Assembly (NCBI RefSeq): GCF_050920415.1
Contig: NZ_CP169309.1
Origin: Escherichia coli
Lineage (GTDB): Bacteria > Pseudomonadota > Gammaproteobacteria > Enterobacterales > Enterobacteriaceae
Direction: 5' to 3' (one strand)
DNA length: 64,000 bases
Shown piece after piece: positions 38,454-47,917 of this stretch. Each line of letters opens with the position of its first letter. The stretch's first letter is position 1. The notes below the pieces were generated by a model, which was given only the letters and a program-made list of their open reading frames with translations, was not told where the DNA came from and ran no database searches. The position numbers and the translations under genes were made by a program.

Positions 38454-41249
38454 ATGGAGATAATTATGAGAAACCTCTGTTTCTTACTGACGTTAGTGGC
38501 AACTCTGTTGCTCCCCGGGCGACTGATTGCCGCCGCCTTACCGCAGGATGAAAAGTTAATTACCGGGCAACTGGACAATGGCTTGCGATACATGATTTAT
38601 CCGCATGCTCAACCAAAGGATCAGGTAAATTTATGGCTGCAAATTCATACCGGTTCATTGCAGGAAGAAGACAATGAGCGCGGTGTGGCTCATTTTGTAG
38701 AACATATGATGTTTAACGGCACAAAAACATGGCCGGGTAATAAAGTCATCGAAACATTTGAGTCAATGGGCCTGCGTTTTGGTCGCGATGTTAATGCCTA
38801 TACCAGCTATGACGAAACGGTGTACCAAGTAAGTTTGCCGACTACGCAGAAACAAAATCTGCAACAAGTGATGGCAATCTTCAGTGAATGGAGTAATGCC
38901 GCAACCTTTGAGAAACTTGAAGTAGACGCTGAACGCGGCGTAATTACTGAGGAATGGCGTGCATATCAGGATGCGAAATGGCGTACATCTCAGGCGCGCC
39001 GCCCTTTTCTTTTGGCAAATACACGTAATTTAGACCGTGAACCTATCGGCCTGATGGATACTGTTGCCACAGTCACACCGGCACAATTGCGCCAGTTTTA
39101 TCAACGCTGGTATCAACCCAATAATATGACCTTTATTGTGGTCGGCGATATCGACAGTAAAGAAGCGCTGGCGCTGATAAAGGATAATTTAAGTAAGCTC
39201 CCGGCTAACAAAGCAGCTGAAAATCGCGTCTGGCCGACAAAAGCCGAAAACCACCTGCGCTTTAATATCATTAATGATAAAGAAAACCGGGTGAACGGCA
39301 TCGCACTCTATTATCGCCTGCCAATGGTGCAAGTGAGCGATGAGCAAAGCTTTATCGAACAAGCTGAATGGAGCATGTTGGTTCAGCTGTTCAATCAACG
39401 TCTGCAGGAACGTATACAGTCGGGCGAGTTGAAGACTATTTCTGGTGGCACTGCGCGCAGCGTTAAAATTGCACCCGATTATCAGTCGCTGTTTTTCCGT
39501 GTAAATGCACGTGACAATAATATGCAGGATGCTGCGAATGCATTAATGGCAGAGTTGGCAACCCTCGATCAACATGGTTTTTCTGCTGAAGAACTCGACG
39601 ATGTTAAAACTACCCGCCTAACCTGGCTGAAAAATGCGGTTGATCAGCAAGCTGAACGCGATTTACGTATGCTGACCAGTCGCCTGGCGTCCAGCTCGTT
39701 AAATAATACGCCGTTCTTGTCGCCGGAAGAGACATACCAACTTTCGAAACGTCTGTGGCCGCAAATTACCGTGCAAAGTCTGGCGGAAAAATGGCAGCAG
39801 CTAAGAAAGAACCAGGACGCATTTTGGGAGCAAATGGTGAATAACGAGGTTGCAGCCAACAAAGCATTATCTCCTGCGGCTATCCTGGCGCTGGAAAAAG
39901 AGTACGCCAACAAAAAGCTGGCAGCTTACATCTTCCCTGGCAGAAATTTATCGTTAACAGTAGACGCTGACCCACAGGCGGAAATTAGCAGTAAAGAAAC
40001 ACTGGCTGAGAATCTGACATCATTAACACTTTCTAATGGTGCCAGGGTTATTCTGGCAAAATCAGCGGGTGAAGAGCAAAAGCTACAAATTATTGCCGTA
40101 TCTAATAAAGGTGATTTAAGTTTCCCTGCGCAGCAAAAATCACTTATCGCGCTGGCAAATAAAGCGGTGAGTGGCAGCGGCGTTGGTGATCTCTCCTCTT
40201 CCAGCCTGAAACGCTGGAGTGCGGAAAACTCGGTAACCATGAGCAGCAAAGTCAGTGGGCTGAATACGTTGCTCTCCGTGAGCGCGCGGGCTAATAATCC
40301 TGAACCTGGTTTCCAGTTGATTAACCAGCGAATCACTCACAGCACGATTAATGACAATATTTGGGCATCGCTACAAAATGCTCAAATTCAGGCGTTGAAA
40401 ACGCTCGACCAGCGTCCAGCAGAGAAATTCGCCCAGCAGATGTATGAGAAGCGCTATGCTGATGACCGTACGAAATTACTGCAAGAAAAACAGATTGCAC
40501 AATTTACTGCCGCAGACGCGCTGGCAGCCGATCGCCAGTTATTTTCATCTCCAGCGGATATCACGTTTGTCGTTGTCGGTAATGTCGCAGAAGACAAACT
40601 TCTGCCGTTAATTACGCGTTACTTAGGATCAATAAAACACTCTGATTCGCCATTAGCCGCAGGTAAACCATTAACTCGCGCGACGGACAACGCATCGGTT
40701 ACAGTAAAAGAACAAAATGAACCTGTGGCACAGGTTTCACAGTGGAATCGTTATGATTCCCGGACACCTGTAAATCTGGAGACGCGTATGGCGCTGGATG
40801 CCTTTAACGTTGCCCTGGCTAAAGATCTGCGCATTAATATTCGTGAACAGGCATCTGGGGCATACAGCGTTTCTTCTCGCCTCTCGGTTGATCCTCAGGC
40901 CAAAGATATCACCCATTTGCTGGCTTTTACTTGTCAACCAGAACGGCATGAAGAACTGTTAGCGTTAGCGAATGAAGTGATGGTTAAGCGTCTGGCTAAA
41001 GGGATCAGAAAGCAAGAACTGAACGAATACCAGCAAAACGTTCAGCGTAGCCTCGATATCCAACAGCGTAGCGTTCAACAATTAGCGAACACCATTGTAA
41101 ATAGTCTTATTCAATATGACGATCCTGCCGCATGGACTGCGCAGGAGCAATTATTGAAACAAATGACGGTAGATAATGTTAACACTACGGTTAAACAATA
41201 TCTTTCTCATCCGGTGAATACCTTTACCGGAGTATTACTACCAAAATAA
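38454..41249 (+). CDS. pqqL: PqqL, periplasmic M16 (pitrilysin-family) zinc protease
   Basis: 931 aa with a signal peptide and the inverted zinc motif HFVEH. Confidence 0.95.
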   Translation: MEIIMRNLCFLLTLVATLLLPGRLIAAALPQDEKLITGQLDNGLRYMIYPHAQPKDQVNLWLQIHTGSLQEEDNERGVAHFVEHMMFNGTKTWPGNKVIETFESMGLRFGRDVNAYTSYDETVYQVSLPTTQKQNLQQVMAIFSEWSNAATFEKLEVDAERGVITEEWRAYQDAKWRTSQARRPFLLANTRNLDREPIGLMDTVATVTPAQLRQFYQRWYQPNNMTFIVVGDIDSKEALALIKDNLSKLPANKAAENRVWPTKAENHLRFNIINDKENRVNGIALYYRLPMVQVSDEQSFIEQAEWSMLVQLFNQRLQERIQSGELKTISGGTARSVKIAPDYQSLFFRVNARDNNMQDAANALMAELATLDQHGFSAEELDDVKTTRLTWLKNAVDQQAERDLRMLTSRLASSSLNNTPFLSPEETYQLSKRLWPQITVQSLAEKWQQLRKNQDAFWEQMVNNEVAANKALSPAAILALEKEYANKKLAAYIFPGRNLSLTVDADPQAEISSKETLAENLTSLTLSNGARVILAKSAGEEQKLQIIAVSNKGDLSFPAQQKSLIALANKAVSGSGVGDLSSSSLKRWSAENSVTMSSKVSGLNTLLSVSARANNPEPGFQLINQRITHSTINDNIWASLQNAQIQALKTLDQRPAEKFAQQMYEKRYADDRTKLLQEKQIAQFTAADALAADRQLFSSPADITFVVVGNVAEDKLLPLITRYLGSIKHSDSPLAAGKPLTRATDNASVTVKEQNEPVAQVSQWNRYDSRTPVNLETRMALDAFNVALAKDLRINIREQASGAYSVSSRLSVDPQAKDITHLLAFTCQPERHEELLALANEVMVKRLAKGIRKQELNEYQQNVQRSLDIQQRSVQQLANTIVNSLIQYDDPAAWTAQEQLLKQMTVDNVNTTVKQYLSHPVNTFTGVLLPK

Positions 41250-41255
41250 TGACGT

Positions 41256-41286
41256 CCCCCGTCAACATATCGTTGGCGGGGGTTTT
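41256..41286 (+). terminator. Rho-independent terminator after pqqL
   Basis: 11-bp stem cccccgtcaac/gttggcggggg with one G-T pair, followed by tttt. Confidence 0.7.
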
Positions 41287-41510
41287 AGCAACAGACGTTA
41301 TTTTATATAATAATTTTATGAATGCGTTCAAAATAACAACCGAGTACTAATAATGATATTTTAAGGGCTAATTTTTATGTGATAATTCACCAGAGTTAGA
41401 AAGCGCGTCAAAATAATGACATACAACACCACACTACAATCCATAACACCCTACGCTATTGTTTTTTAACGTAAATATATTTTTCCCATAATATCTCACG
41501 ATAAATAACA

Positions 41511-41530
41511 TTAGGATTTTGTTATTTAAA
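41511..41530 (+). promoter_or_regulatory. GAD box (GadE binding site) of the gadBC promoter
   Basis: Exact TTAGGATTTTGTTATTTAAA, the 20-bp GAD box as I remember it, about 80 bp upstream of the gadB ATG. Confidence 0.8.
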
Positions 41531-41609
41531 CACAAGACCTTTGCACTTGCTTACTTTATCGATAAATCCTACTTTTTTAATGCGATCCAATCATTTTAAG
41601 GAGTTTAAA

Positions 41610-43010
41610 ATGGATAAGAAGCAAGTAACGGATTTAAGGTCGGAATTACTCGATTCACGTTTTGGCGCTAAGTCTATTTCCACTATTGCAGAATCAAAAC
41701 GATTTCCGCTGCACGAAATGCGCGATGATGTCGCATTCCAGATTATCAATGATGAGTTATATCTTGATGGCAACGCTCGTCAGAATCTGGCAACGTTCTG
41801 CCAGACCTGGGACGACGAAAATGTCCATAAGTTGATGGATTTATCCATTAACAAAAACTGGATCGACAAAGAAGAATATCCGCAATCTGCAGCAATCGAT
41901 CTGCGTTGCGTAAACATGGTTGCCGATCTGTGGCATGCGCCTGCACCGAAAAATGGTCAGGCCGTTGGCACCAACACCATTGGTTCTTCCGAGGCCTGTA
42001 TGCTCGGCGGGATGGCGATGAAATGGCGTTGGCGCAAGCGTATGGAAGCTGCAGGTAAGCCGACTAACAAACCGAACCTGGTGTGCGGTCCGGTACAAAT
42101 CTGCTGGCATAAATTCGCCCGCTACTGGGATGTGGAGTTGCGTGAGATCCCTATGCGCCCCGGTCAGTTGTTTATGGACCCGAAACGCATGATTGAAGCC
42201 TGCGACGAAAACACTATCGGCGTGGTGCCGACTTTCGGCGTGACCTATACCGGTAACTATGAGTTCCCGCAACCGCTGCACGATGCACTGGATAAATTCC
42301 AGGCCGACACCGGTATCGACATCGACATGCACATCGACGCCGCCAGCGGTGGCTTCCTGGCACCGTTCGTCGCCCCGGATATCGTCTGGGACTTCCGCCT
42401 GCCGCGTGTGAAATCGATCAGTGCTTCAGGCCACAAATTCGGTCTGGCTCCGCTGGGCTGCGGCTGGGTTATCTGGCGTGACGAAGAAGCGCTGCCGCAG
42501 GAACTGGTATTCAACGTTGACTACCTCGGTGGTCAGATTGGGACTTTCGCCATCAACTTCTCCCGTCCGGCAGGCCAGGTGATTGCACAATACTATGAGT
42601 TTCTGCGCCTCGGTCGTGAAGGCTATACCAAAGTACAGAACGCCTCCTACCAGGTTGCCGCTTATCTGGCGGATGAAATCGCCAAACTGGGGCCGTATGA
42701 GTTCATCTGTACGGGTCGCCCGGACGAAGGCATCCCGGCGGTTTGCTTCAAACTGAAAGATGGTGAAGATCCGGGATACACCCTGTATGACCTCTCTGAA
42801 CGTCTGCGTCTGCGCGGCTGGCAGGTTCCGGCTTTCACTCTCGGCGGTGAAGCCACTGACATCGTGGTGATGCGCATTATGTGCCGTCGTGGCTTCGAAA
42901 TGGACTTTGCTGAACTGTTGCTGGAAGACTACAAAGCCTCCCTGAAATATCTCAGCGACCACCCGAAACTGCAGGGTATTGCCCAGCAGAACAGCTTTAA
43001 ACACACCTGA
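41610..43010 (+). CDS. gadB: Glutamate decarboxylase beta
   Basis: The start is at ATG 41610 ([23 protein letters not shown]), giving 466 aa. The PLP-lysine region [10 protein letters not shown] is present. It is followed by gadC, which distinguishes it from gadA. Confidence 0.95.
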   Translation: MDKKQVTDLRSELLDSRFGAKSISTIAESKRFPLHEMRDDVAFQIINDELYLDGNARQNLATFCQTWDDENVHKLMDLSINKNWIDKEEYPQSAAIDLRCVNMVADLWHAPAPKNGQAVGTNTIGSSEACMLGGMAMKWRWRKRMEAAGKPTNKPNLVCGPVQICWHKFARYWDVELREIPMRPGQLFMDPKRMIEACDENTIGVVPTFGVTYTGNYEFPQPLHDALDKFQADTGIDIDMHIDAASGGFLAPFVAPDIVWDFRLPRVKSISASGHKFGLAPLGCGWVIWRDEEALPQELVFNVDYLGGQIGTFAINFSRPAGQVIAQYYEFLRLGREGYTKVQNASYQVAAYLADEIAKLGPYEFICTGRPDEGIPAVCFKLKDGEDPGYTLYDLSERLRLRGWQVPAFTLGGEATDIVVMRIMCRRGFEMDFAELLLEDYKASLKYLSDHPKLQGIAQQNSFKHT

Positions 43011-43165
43011 TAACGTTGAACGGTAACGGTGTCCCGAAACGAACCCGTTTCGGGACAATTTCCAAAGTCTGTTCACTGGCATTAGCAACGGAAAATATTG
43101 TTCTGAATACGCTTCAGAACAAAACAGGTGCGGTTCCGACAGGAATACCGTTTTAGGGGGATAAT

Positions 43166-44701
43166 ATGGCTACATCAGTACAGACAGGTAAAGCTAAGCA
43201 GCTCACATTACTCGGATTTTTTGCCATAACGGCATCGATGGTAATGGCTGTTTATGAATACCCTACCTTCGCAACATCGGGCTTTTCATTAGTCTTCTTC
43301 CTGCTTTTAGGCGGGATTTTATGGTTTATTCCCGTGGGGCTTTGTGCTGCGGAAATGGCCACCGTCGACGGCTGGGAAGAAGGTGGTGTCTTCGCCTGGG
43401 TATCAAATACTCTGGGGCCGAGATGGGGGTTTGCAGCGATCTCATTTGGCTATCTGCAAATCGCCATCGGTTTTATTCCAATGCTCTATTTCGTGTTAGG
43501 GGCACTCTCCTACATCCTGAAATGGCCAGCGTTGAATGAAGACCCCATTACCAAAACTATTGCAGCACTCATCATTCTTTGGGCGCTGGCATTAACACAG
43601 TTTGGTGGCACGAAATACACGGCGCGAATTGCTAAAGTTGGCTTCTTCGCCGGTATCCTGTTACCTGCATTTATTTTGATCGCATTAGCAGCTATTTATC
43701 TGCACTCCGGTGCTCCCGTTGCTATCGAAATGGATGCGAAAACCTTCTTCCCTGACTTCTCTAAAGTCGGCACCCTGGTTGTGTTTGTTGCCTTCATTTT
43801 GAGTTATATGGGGGTAGAAGCTTCCGCAACCCACGTCAATGAAATGCGCAATCCCGGTCGCGATTATCCGCTGGCGATGTTACTGCTGATGGTGGCGGCA
43901 ATCTGCTTAAGCTCTGTTGGCGGCTTGTCTATTGCGATGGTTATTCCGGGTAATGAAATCAACCTCTCCGCAGGGGTAATGCAAACCTTTACCGTTCTGA
44001 TGTCACATGTGGCACCGGAAATTGAGTGGACGGTTCGCGTGATCTCCGCACTGCTGTTGCTGGGTGTTCTGGCGGAAATCGCTTCCTGGATTGTTGGCCC
44101 TTCTCGCGGGATGTATGTCACCGCGCAGAAAAACCTGCTGCCAGCGGCGTTCGCTAAAATGAACAAAAATGGCGTACCGGTAACGCTGGTTATTTCGCAG
44201 CTGGTGATTACTACTATCGCGTTGATCATCCTCACCAATACCGGTGGCGGTAACAATATGTCCTTCCTGATTGCCCTGGCGCTGACGGTGGTGATTTATC
44301 TGTGTGCTTATTTCATGCTGTTTATTGGCTACATTGTGTTAGTGCTTAAACATCCTGACTTAAAACGCACATTTAATATCCCTGGTGGTAAAGGGGTGAA
44401 ACTGGTCGTGGCAATTGTCGGTCTGCTGACTTCAATTATGGCGTTTATTGTTTCCTTCCTGCCGCCGGATAATATCCAGGGGGACTCTACCGATATGTAT
44501 GTCGAATTACTGGTCGTTAGTTTCCTGGTGGTACTTGCCCTGCCCTTCATTCTCTATGCTGTTCATGATCGTAAAGGCAAAGCGAATACCGGCGTATCTC
44601 TGGAACCAATCAACAGCCAGAACGCTCCGAAAGGTCACTTCTTCCTGCACCCGCGTGCACGTTCACCACACTATATTGTGATGAATGACAAGAAACACTA
44701 A
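43166..44701 (+). CDS. gadC: Glutamate:GABA antiporter
   Basis: 511-aa, 12-TM APC-family ORF recognised as GadC. Confidence 0.95.
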   Translation: MATSVQTGKAKQLTLLGFFAITASMVMAVYEYPTFATSGFSLVFFLLLGGILWFIPVGLCAAEMATVDGWEEGGVFAWVSNTLGPRWGFAAISFGYLQIAIGFIPMLYFVLGALSYILKWPALNEDPITKTIAALIILWALALTQFGGTKYTARIAKVGFFAGILLPAFILIALAAIYLHSGAPVAIEMDAKTFFPDFSKVGTLVVFVAFILSYMGVEASATHVNEMRNPGRDYPLAMLLLMVAAICLSSVGGLSIAMVIPGNEINLSAGVMQTFTVLMSHVAPEIEWTVRVISALLLLGVLAEIASWIVGPSRGMYVTAQKNLLPAAFAKMNKNGVPVTLVISQLVITTIALIILTNTGGGNNMSFLIALALTVVIYLCAYFMLFIGYIVLVLKHPDLKRTFNIPGGKGVKLVVAIVGLLTSIMAFIVSFLPPDNIQGDSTDMYVELLVVSFLVVLALPFILYAVHDRKGKANTGVSLEPINSQNAPKGHFFLHPRARSPHYIVMNDKKH

Positions 44702-44726
44702 CCATGTCTGAATGGTTATAAGACAA

Positions 44727-44755
44727 GGGAGCGATAATTCATCGCTCCCTTTTTC
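44727..44755 (+). terminator. Rho-independent terminator after gadC
   Basis: 9-bp stem gggagcgat/atcgctccc with an aattc loop, followed by tttttc. Confidence 0.8.
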
Positions 44756-44831
44756 GTGCTCGCTGTCGTATTGACTTAACCGGGATAAGTACGAGAATGA
44801 GCGCACATCTGTTTACCGGAAACCAGCATAT

Positions 44832-46151
44832 ATGGATATCTGCTCCCGAAACGAGAAATTAGCGATTAGAAGACCAGCGGTACTGGTTGCACTGGCACTT
44901 TTACTGTGTAGTTGCAAAAGCACGCCCCCAGAGTCAATGGTGACACCACCAACAGGTTCGAAGCCACCAGCTACGACGCAACAATCGTCACAACCGATGC
45001 GTGGCATCTGGCTGGCCACAGTGTCTCGCCTCGACTGGCCACCGGTTTCCTCGGTTAACATTAGTAACCCCACCAGCCGTGCACGTGTACAACAACAGGC
45101 GATGATCGACAAACTGGATCATCTGCAACGTCTCGGTATAAACACGGTCTTTTTCCAGGTCAAGCCGGACGGTACCGCACTATGGCCATCGAAAATTTTG
45201 CCGTGGTCCGATCTTATGACCGGTAAGATTGGCGAAAACCCGGGTTACGATCCGTTGCAATTTATGCTCGACGAAGCCCACAAGCGTGGGATGAAAGTAC
45301 ACGCCTGGTTTAACCCTTACCGCGTATCGGTTAATACAAAGCCTGGTACTATCAGGGAACTGAATAGCACCCTGTCTCAACAACCGGCCAGCGTCTATGT
45401 GCAACACCGCGACTGGATTAGAACGTCGGGTGATCGGTTTGTCCTCGACCCAGGCATCCCTGAGGTTCAGGACTGGATCACATCAATAGTCGCGGAAGTG
45501 GTTTCCCGCTATCCGGTAGATGGCGTGCAGTTTGACGACTATTTTTATACTGAGTCACCAGCTTCACGGCTAAATGATAACGAAACGTACCGCAAATACG
45601 GAGGCGCATTTGCGTCAAAAGCAGACTGGCGGCGCAACAATACTCAGCAGTTAATTGCGAAGGTATCGCACACCATTAAAAGCATTAAGCCGGAAGTCGA
45701 ATTTGGCGTTAGCCCGGCAGGCGTGTGGCGTAACCGATCACACGATCCGCTCGGTTCCGATACCCGAGGCGCGGCAGCCTATGACGAATCCTATGCTGAC
45801 ACCCGTCGATGGGTGGAACAAGGATTGCTGGATTACATTGCTCCCCAAATTTACTGGCCGTTCTCACGGAGTGCCGCACGTTATGACGTTTTGGCAAAAT
45901 GGTGGGCGGATGTCGTTAAACCGACCAGGACCCGCCTGTATATCGGTATCGCCTTCTATAAAGTGGGTGAACCTTCAAAGATAGAACCAGACTGGATGAT
46001 TAACGGTGGCGTACCGGAACTGAAAAAGCAGCTCGATCTTAACGATGCTGTACCAGAAATCAGCGGCACAATCTTGTTCCGTGAGGACTATCTGAACAAA
46101 CCTCAGACTCAACAAGCGGTCAGCTATTTGCAAAGTCGTTGGGGCAGTTAA
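44832..46151 (+). CDS. yddW: YddW (DigH), lipoprotein glycosyl hydrolase-like protein
   Basis: 439 aa recognised as YddW, with a lipobox-like LLLCSC near the N-terminus. Confidence 0.9.
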   Translation: MDICSRNEKLAIRRPAVLVALALLLCSCKSTPPESMVTPPTGSKPPATTQQSSQPMRGIWLATVSRLDWPPVSSVNISNPTSRARVQQQAMIDKLDHLQRLGINTVFFQVKPDGTALWPSKILPWSDLMTGKIGENPGYDPLQFMLDEAHKRGMKVHAWFNPYRVSVNTKPGTIRELNSTLSQQPASVYVQHRDWIRTSGDRFVLDPGIPEVQDWITSIVAEVVSRYPVDGVQFDDYFYTESPASRLNDNETYRKYGGAFASKADWRRNNTQQLIAKVSHTIKSIKPEVEFGVSPAGVWRNRSHDPLGSDTRGAAAYDESYADTRRWVEQGLLDYIAPQIYWPFSRSAARYDVLAKWWADVVKPTRTRLYIGIAFYKVGEPSKIEPDWMINGGVPELKKQLDLNDAVPEISGTILFREDYLNKPQTQQAVSYLQSRWGS

Positions 46152-46511
46152 ACTTGTAACATGGCCGGTGCTTTACCCACCGGCTTGCTACCCTCTTGAA
46201 ATATCCCACTAGTAATCATGCTTACTTAAGTCAAATTAACCACACAATTAAACACACTTAGTTAAATAGCCATAAATCCCCTAATAAAAATGTATGAACA
46301 TGAAAAAACATACGATATTGGCTGTCACCGAAAAATAATTACGATGGGCTATACTCTTCTGAAGAACAGTAGCGTAGATTGAAACTGTCCTAAGTCGCTT
46401 ATTTGTTTTCAGTATATCTTCATATTTCAGGAGAATATGGTGCAGTTAGTCGATCCCGCACGTTTCGTTTTTGATTCCGTCTGCTTTCCCAGCCTTATAA
46501 GGGTGTGAATT

Positions 46512-47915
46512 ATGGAGATGTATTTTAAAAGAATGAAAGATGAGTGGACCGGACTTGTCGAACAGGCAGATCCGCTCATTCGTGCCAAAGCCGCGGAAAT
46601 TGCCGTTGCGCATGCCCATTACCTGAGCATTGAGTTTTATCGGATTGTCCGTATTGACCCGCATGCCGAAGAATTCTTGAGTAATGAACAAGTTGAGCGG
46701 CAGCTGAAAAGTGCGATGGAACGCTGGATTATTAATGTGCTTTCTGCCCAGGTTGACGATGTTGAAAGGCTAATACAAATCCAGCATACCGTCGCAGAAG
46801 TGCATGCCCGCATCGGCATTCCAGTAGAAATTGTCGAGATGGGGTTTCGGGTGCTGAAAAAAATCCTCTATCCGGTGATTTTCTCTTCGGATTATTCTGC
46901 CGCAGAAAAACTTCAGGTCTACCATTTCTCGATTAACAGTATTGATATCGCGATGGAAGTCATGACCCGCGCGTTTACCTTTAGTGACAGTAGTGCCTCA
47001 AAAGAAGATGAAAACTATCGTATCTTCTCGTTACTGGAAAACGCCGAAGAAGAAAAAGAACGCCAAATAGCCTCAATCCTTTCATGGGAAATTGACATTA
47101 TCTATAAAGTTCTGCTGGATTCTGATTTAGGCAGTAGTTTGCCTTTAAGCCAGGCTGATTTTGGCCTGTGGTTTAACCATAAAGGTCGACATTATTTTAG
47201 CGGCATTGCCGAAGTGGGTCATATCTCCCGCCTGATTCAGGATTTCGACGGTATTTTTAATCAAACCATGCGTAATGCAAAAAATTTGAGCAACAAAACT
47301 CTGCGGGTGAGATTTTTATTACAGATAAGAAATACCGTATCGCAAATTATTACCTTGCTGCGTGAATTATTTGAAGAAGTATCTCGCCACGAAGTGGGTA
47401 TGGATGTACTGACAAAATTACTTAACCGCCGCTTCCTGCCGACCATCTTTAAACGCGAAATTGCCCATGCCAACCGGACCGGAACCCCCCTGTCAGTGCT
47501 GATTATTGACGTTGATAAATTCAAAGAGATCAACGATACGTGGGGCCATAACACCGGTGATGAAATTTTGCGTAAAGTTTCTCAGGCCTTTTACGACAAC
47601 GTCCGCAGTAGTGATTATGTTTTTCGTTACGGGGGAGATGAATTTATCATTGTCCTGACTGAAGCTTCTGAAAACGAAACGTTACGTACTGCAGAACGTA
47701 TTCGCAGTCGGGTGGAGAAAACCAAACTGAAAGCCGCAAACGGCGAAGATATTGCCCTCTCACTTTCCATCGGTGCCGCCATGTTTAATGGTCATCCTGA
47801 CTATGAGCGCCTCATTCAAATAGCCGATGAAGCTCTGTATACGCCAAAAGACGAGGTAGAAACCGTGTTGAACTCTGGAAAGCCAGTCTTTAGATGCGCC
47901 AGGATGCAGAGGTAA
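46512..47915 (+). CDS. dosC: DosC (YddV), globin-coupled diguanylate cyclase with a frameshifted extreme C-terminus
   Basis: 467-codon frame recognised as DosC, with the GGDEF motif (RYGGDEF). After ...IADEALY the frame reads TPKDEVETVLNSGKPVFRCARMQR*. The +2 frame carries the conserved AKRRGRNRVELWKASL*. Confidence 0.9.
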   Translation: MEMYFKRMKDEWTGLVEQADPLIRAKAAEIAVAHAHYLSIEFYRIVRIDPHAEEFLSNEQVERQLKSAMERWIINVLSAQVDDVERLIQIQHTVAEVHARIGIPVEIVEMGFRVLKKILYPVIFSSDYSAAEKLQVYHFSINSIDIAMEVMTRAFTFSDSSASKEDENYRIFSLLENAEEEKERQIASILSWEIDIIYKVLLDSDLGSSLPLSQADFGLWFNHKGRHYFSGIAEVGHISRLIQDFDGIFNQTMRNAKNLSNKTLRVRFLLQIRNTVSQIITLLRELFEEVSRHEVGMDVLTKLLNRRFLPTIFKREIAHANRTGTPLSVLIIDVDKFKEINDTWGHNTGDEILRKVSQAFYDNVRSSDYVFRYGGDEFIIVLTEASENETLRTAERIRSRVEKTKLKAANGEDIALSLSIGAAMFNGHPDYERLIQIADEALYTPKDEVETVLNSGKPVFRCARMQR

Positions 47916-47917
47916 TC

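Noticed and set aside
42426-43088. Long antisense ORFs inside well-supported genes, for example 220 aa opposite gadB, 172 and 194 aa opposite yneO, 249 aa opposite fdnH, 168 and 132 aa opposite the ankyrin-like gene, and 140 aa opposite ddpB.
   Set aside because: Each is fully embedded in a recognised gene on the other strand. None has an RBS, and all have atypical composition (Arg/Ser/Pro-rich or repeat shadows).
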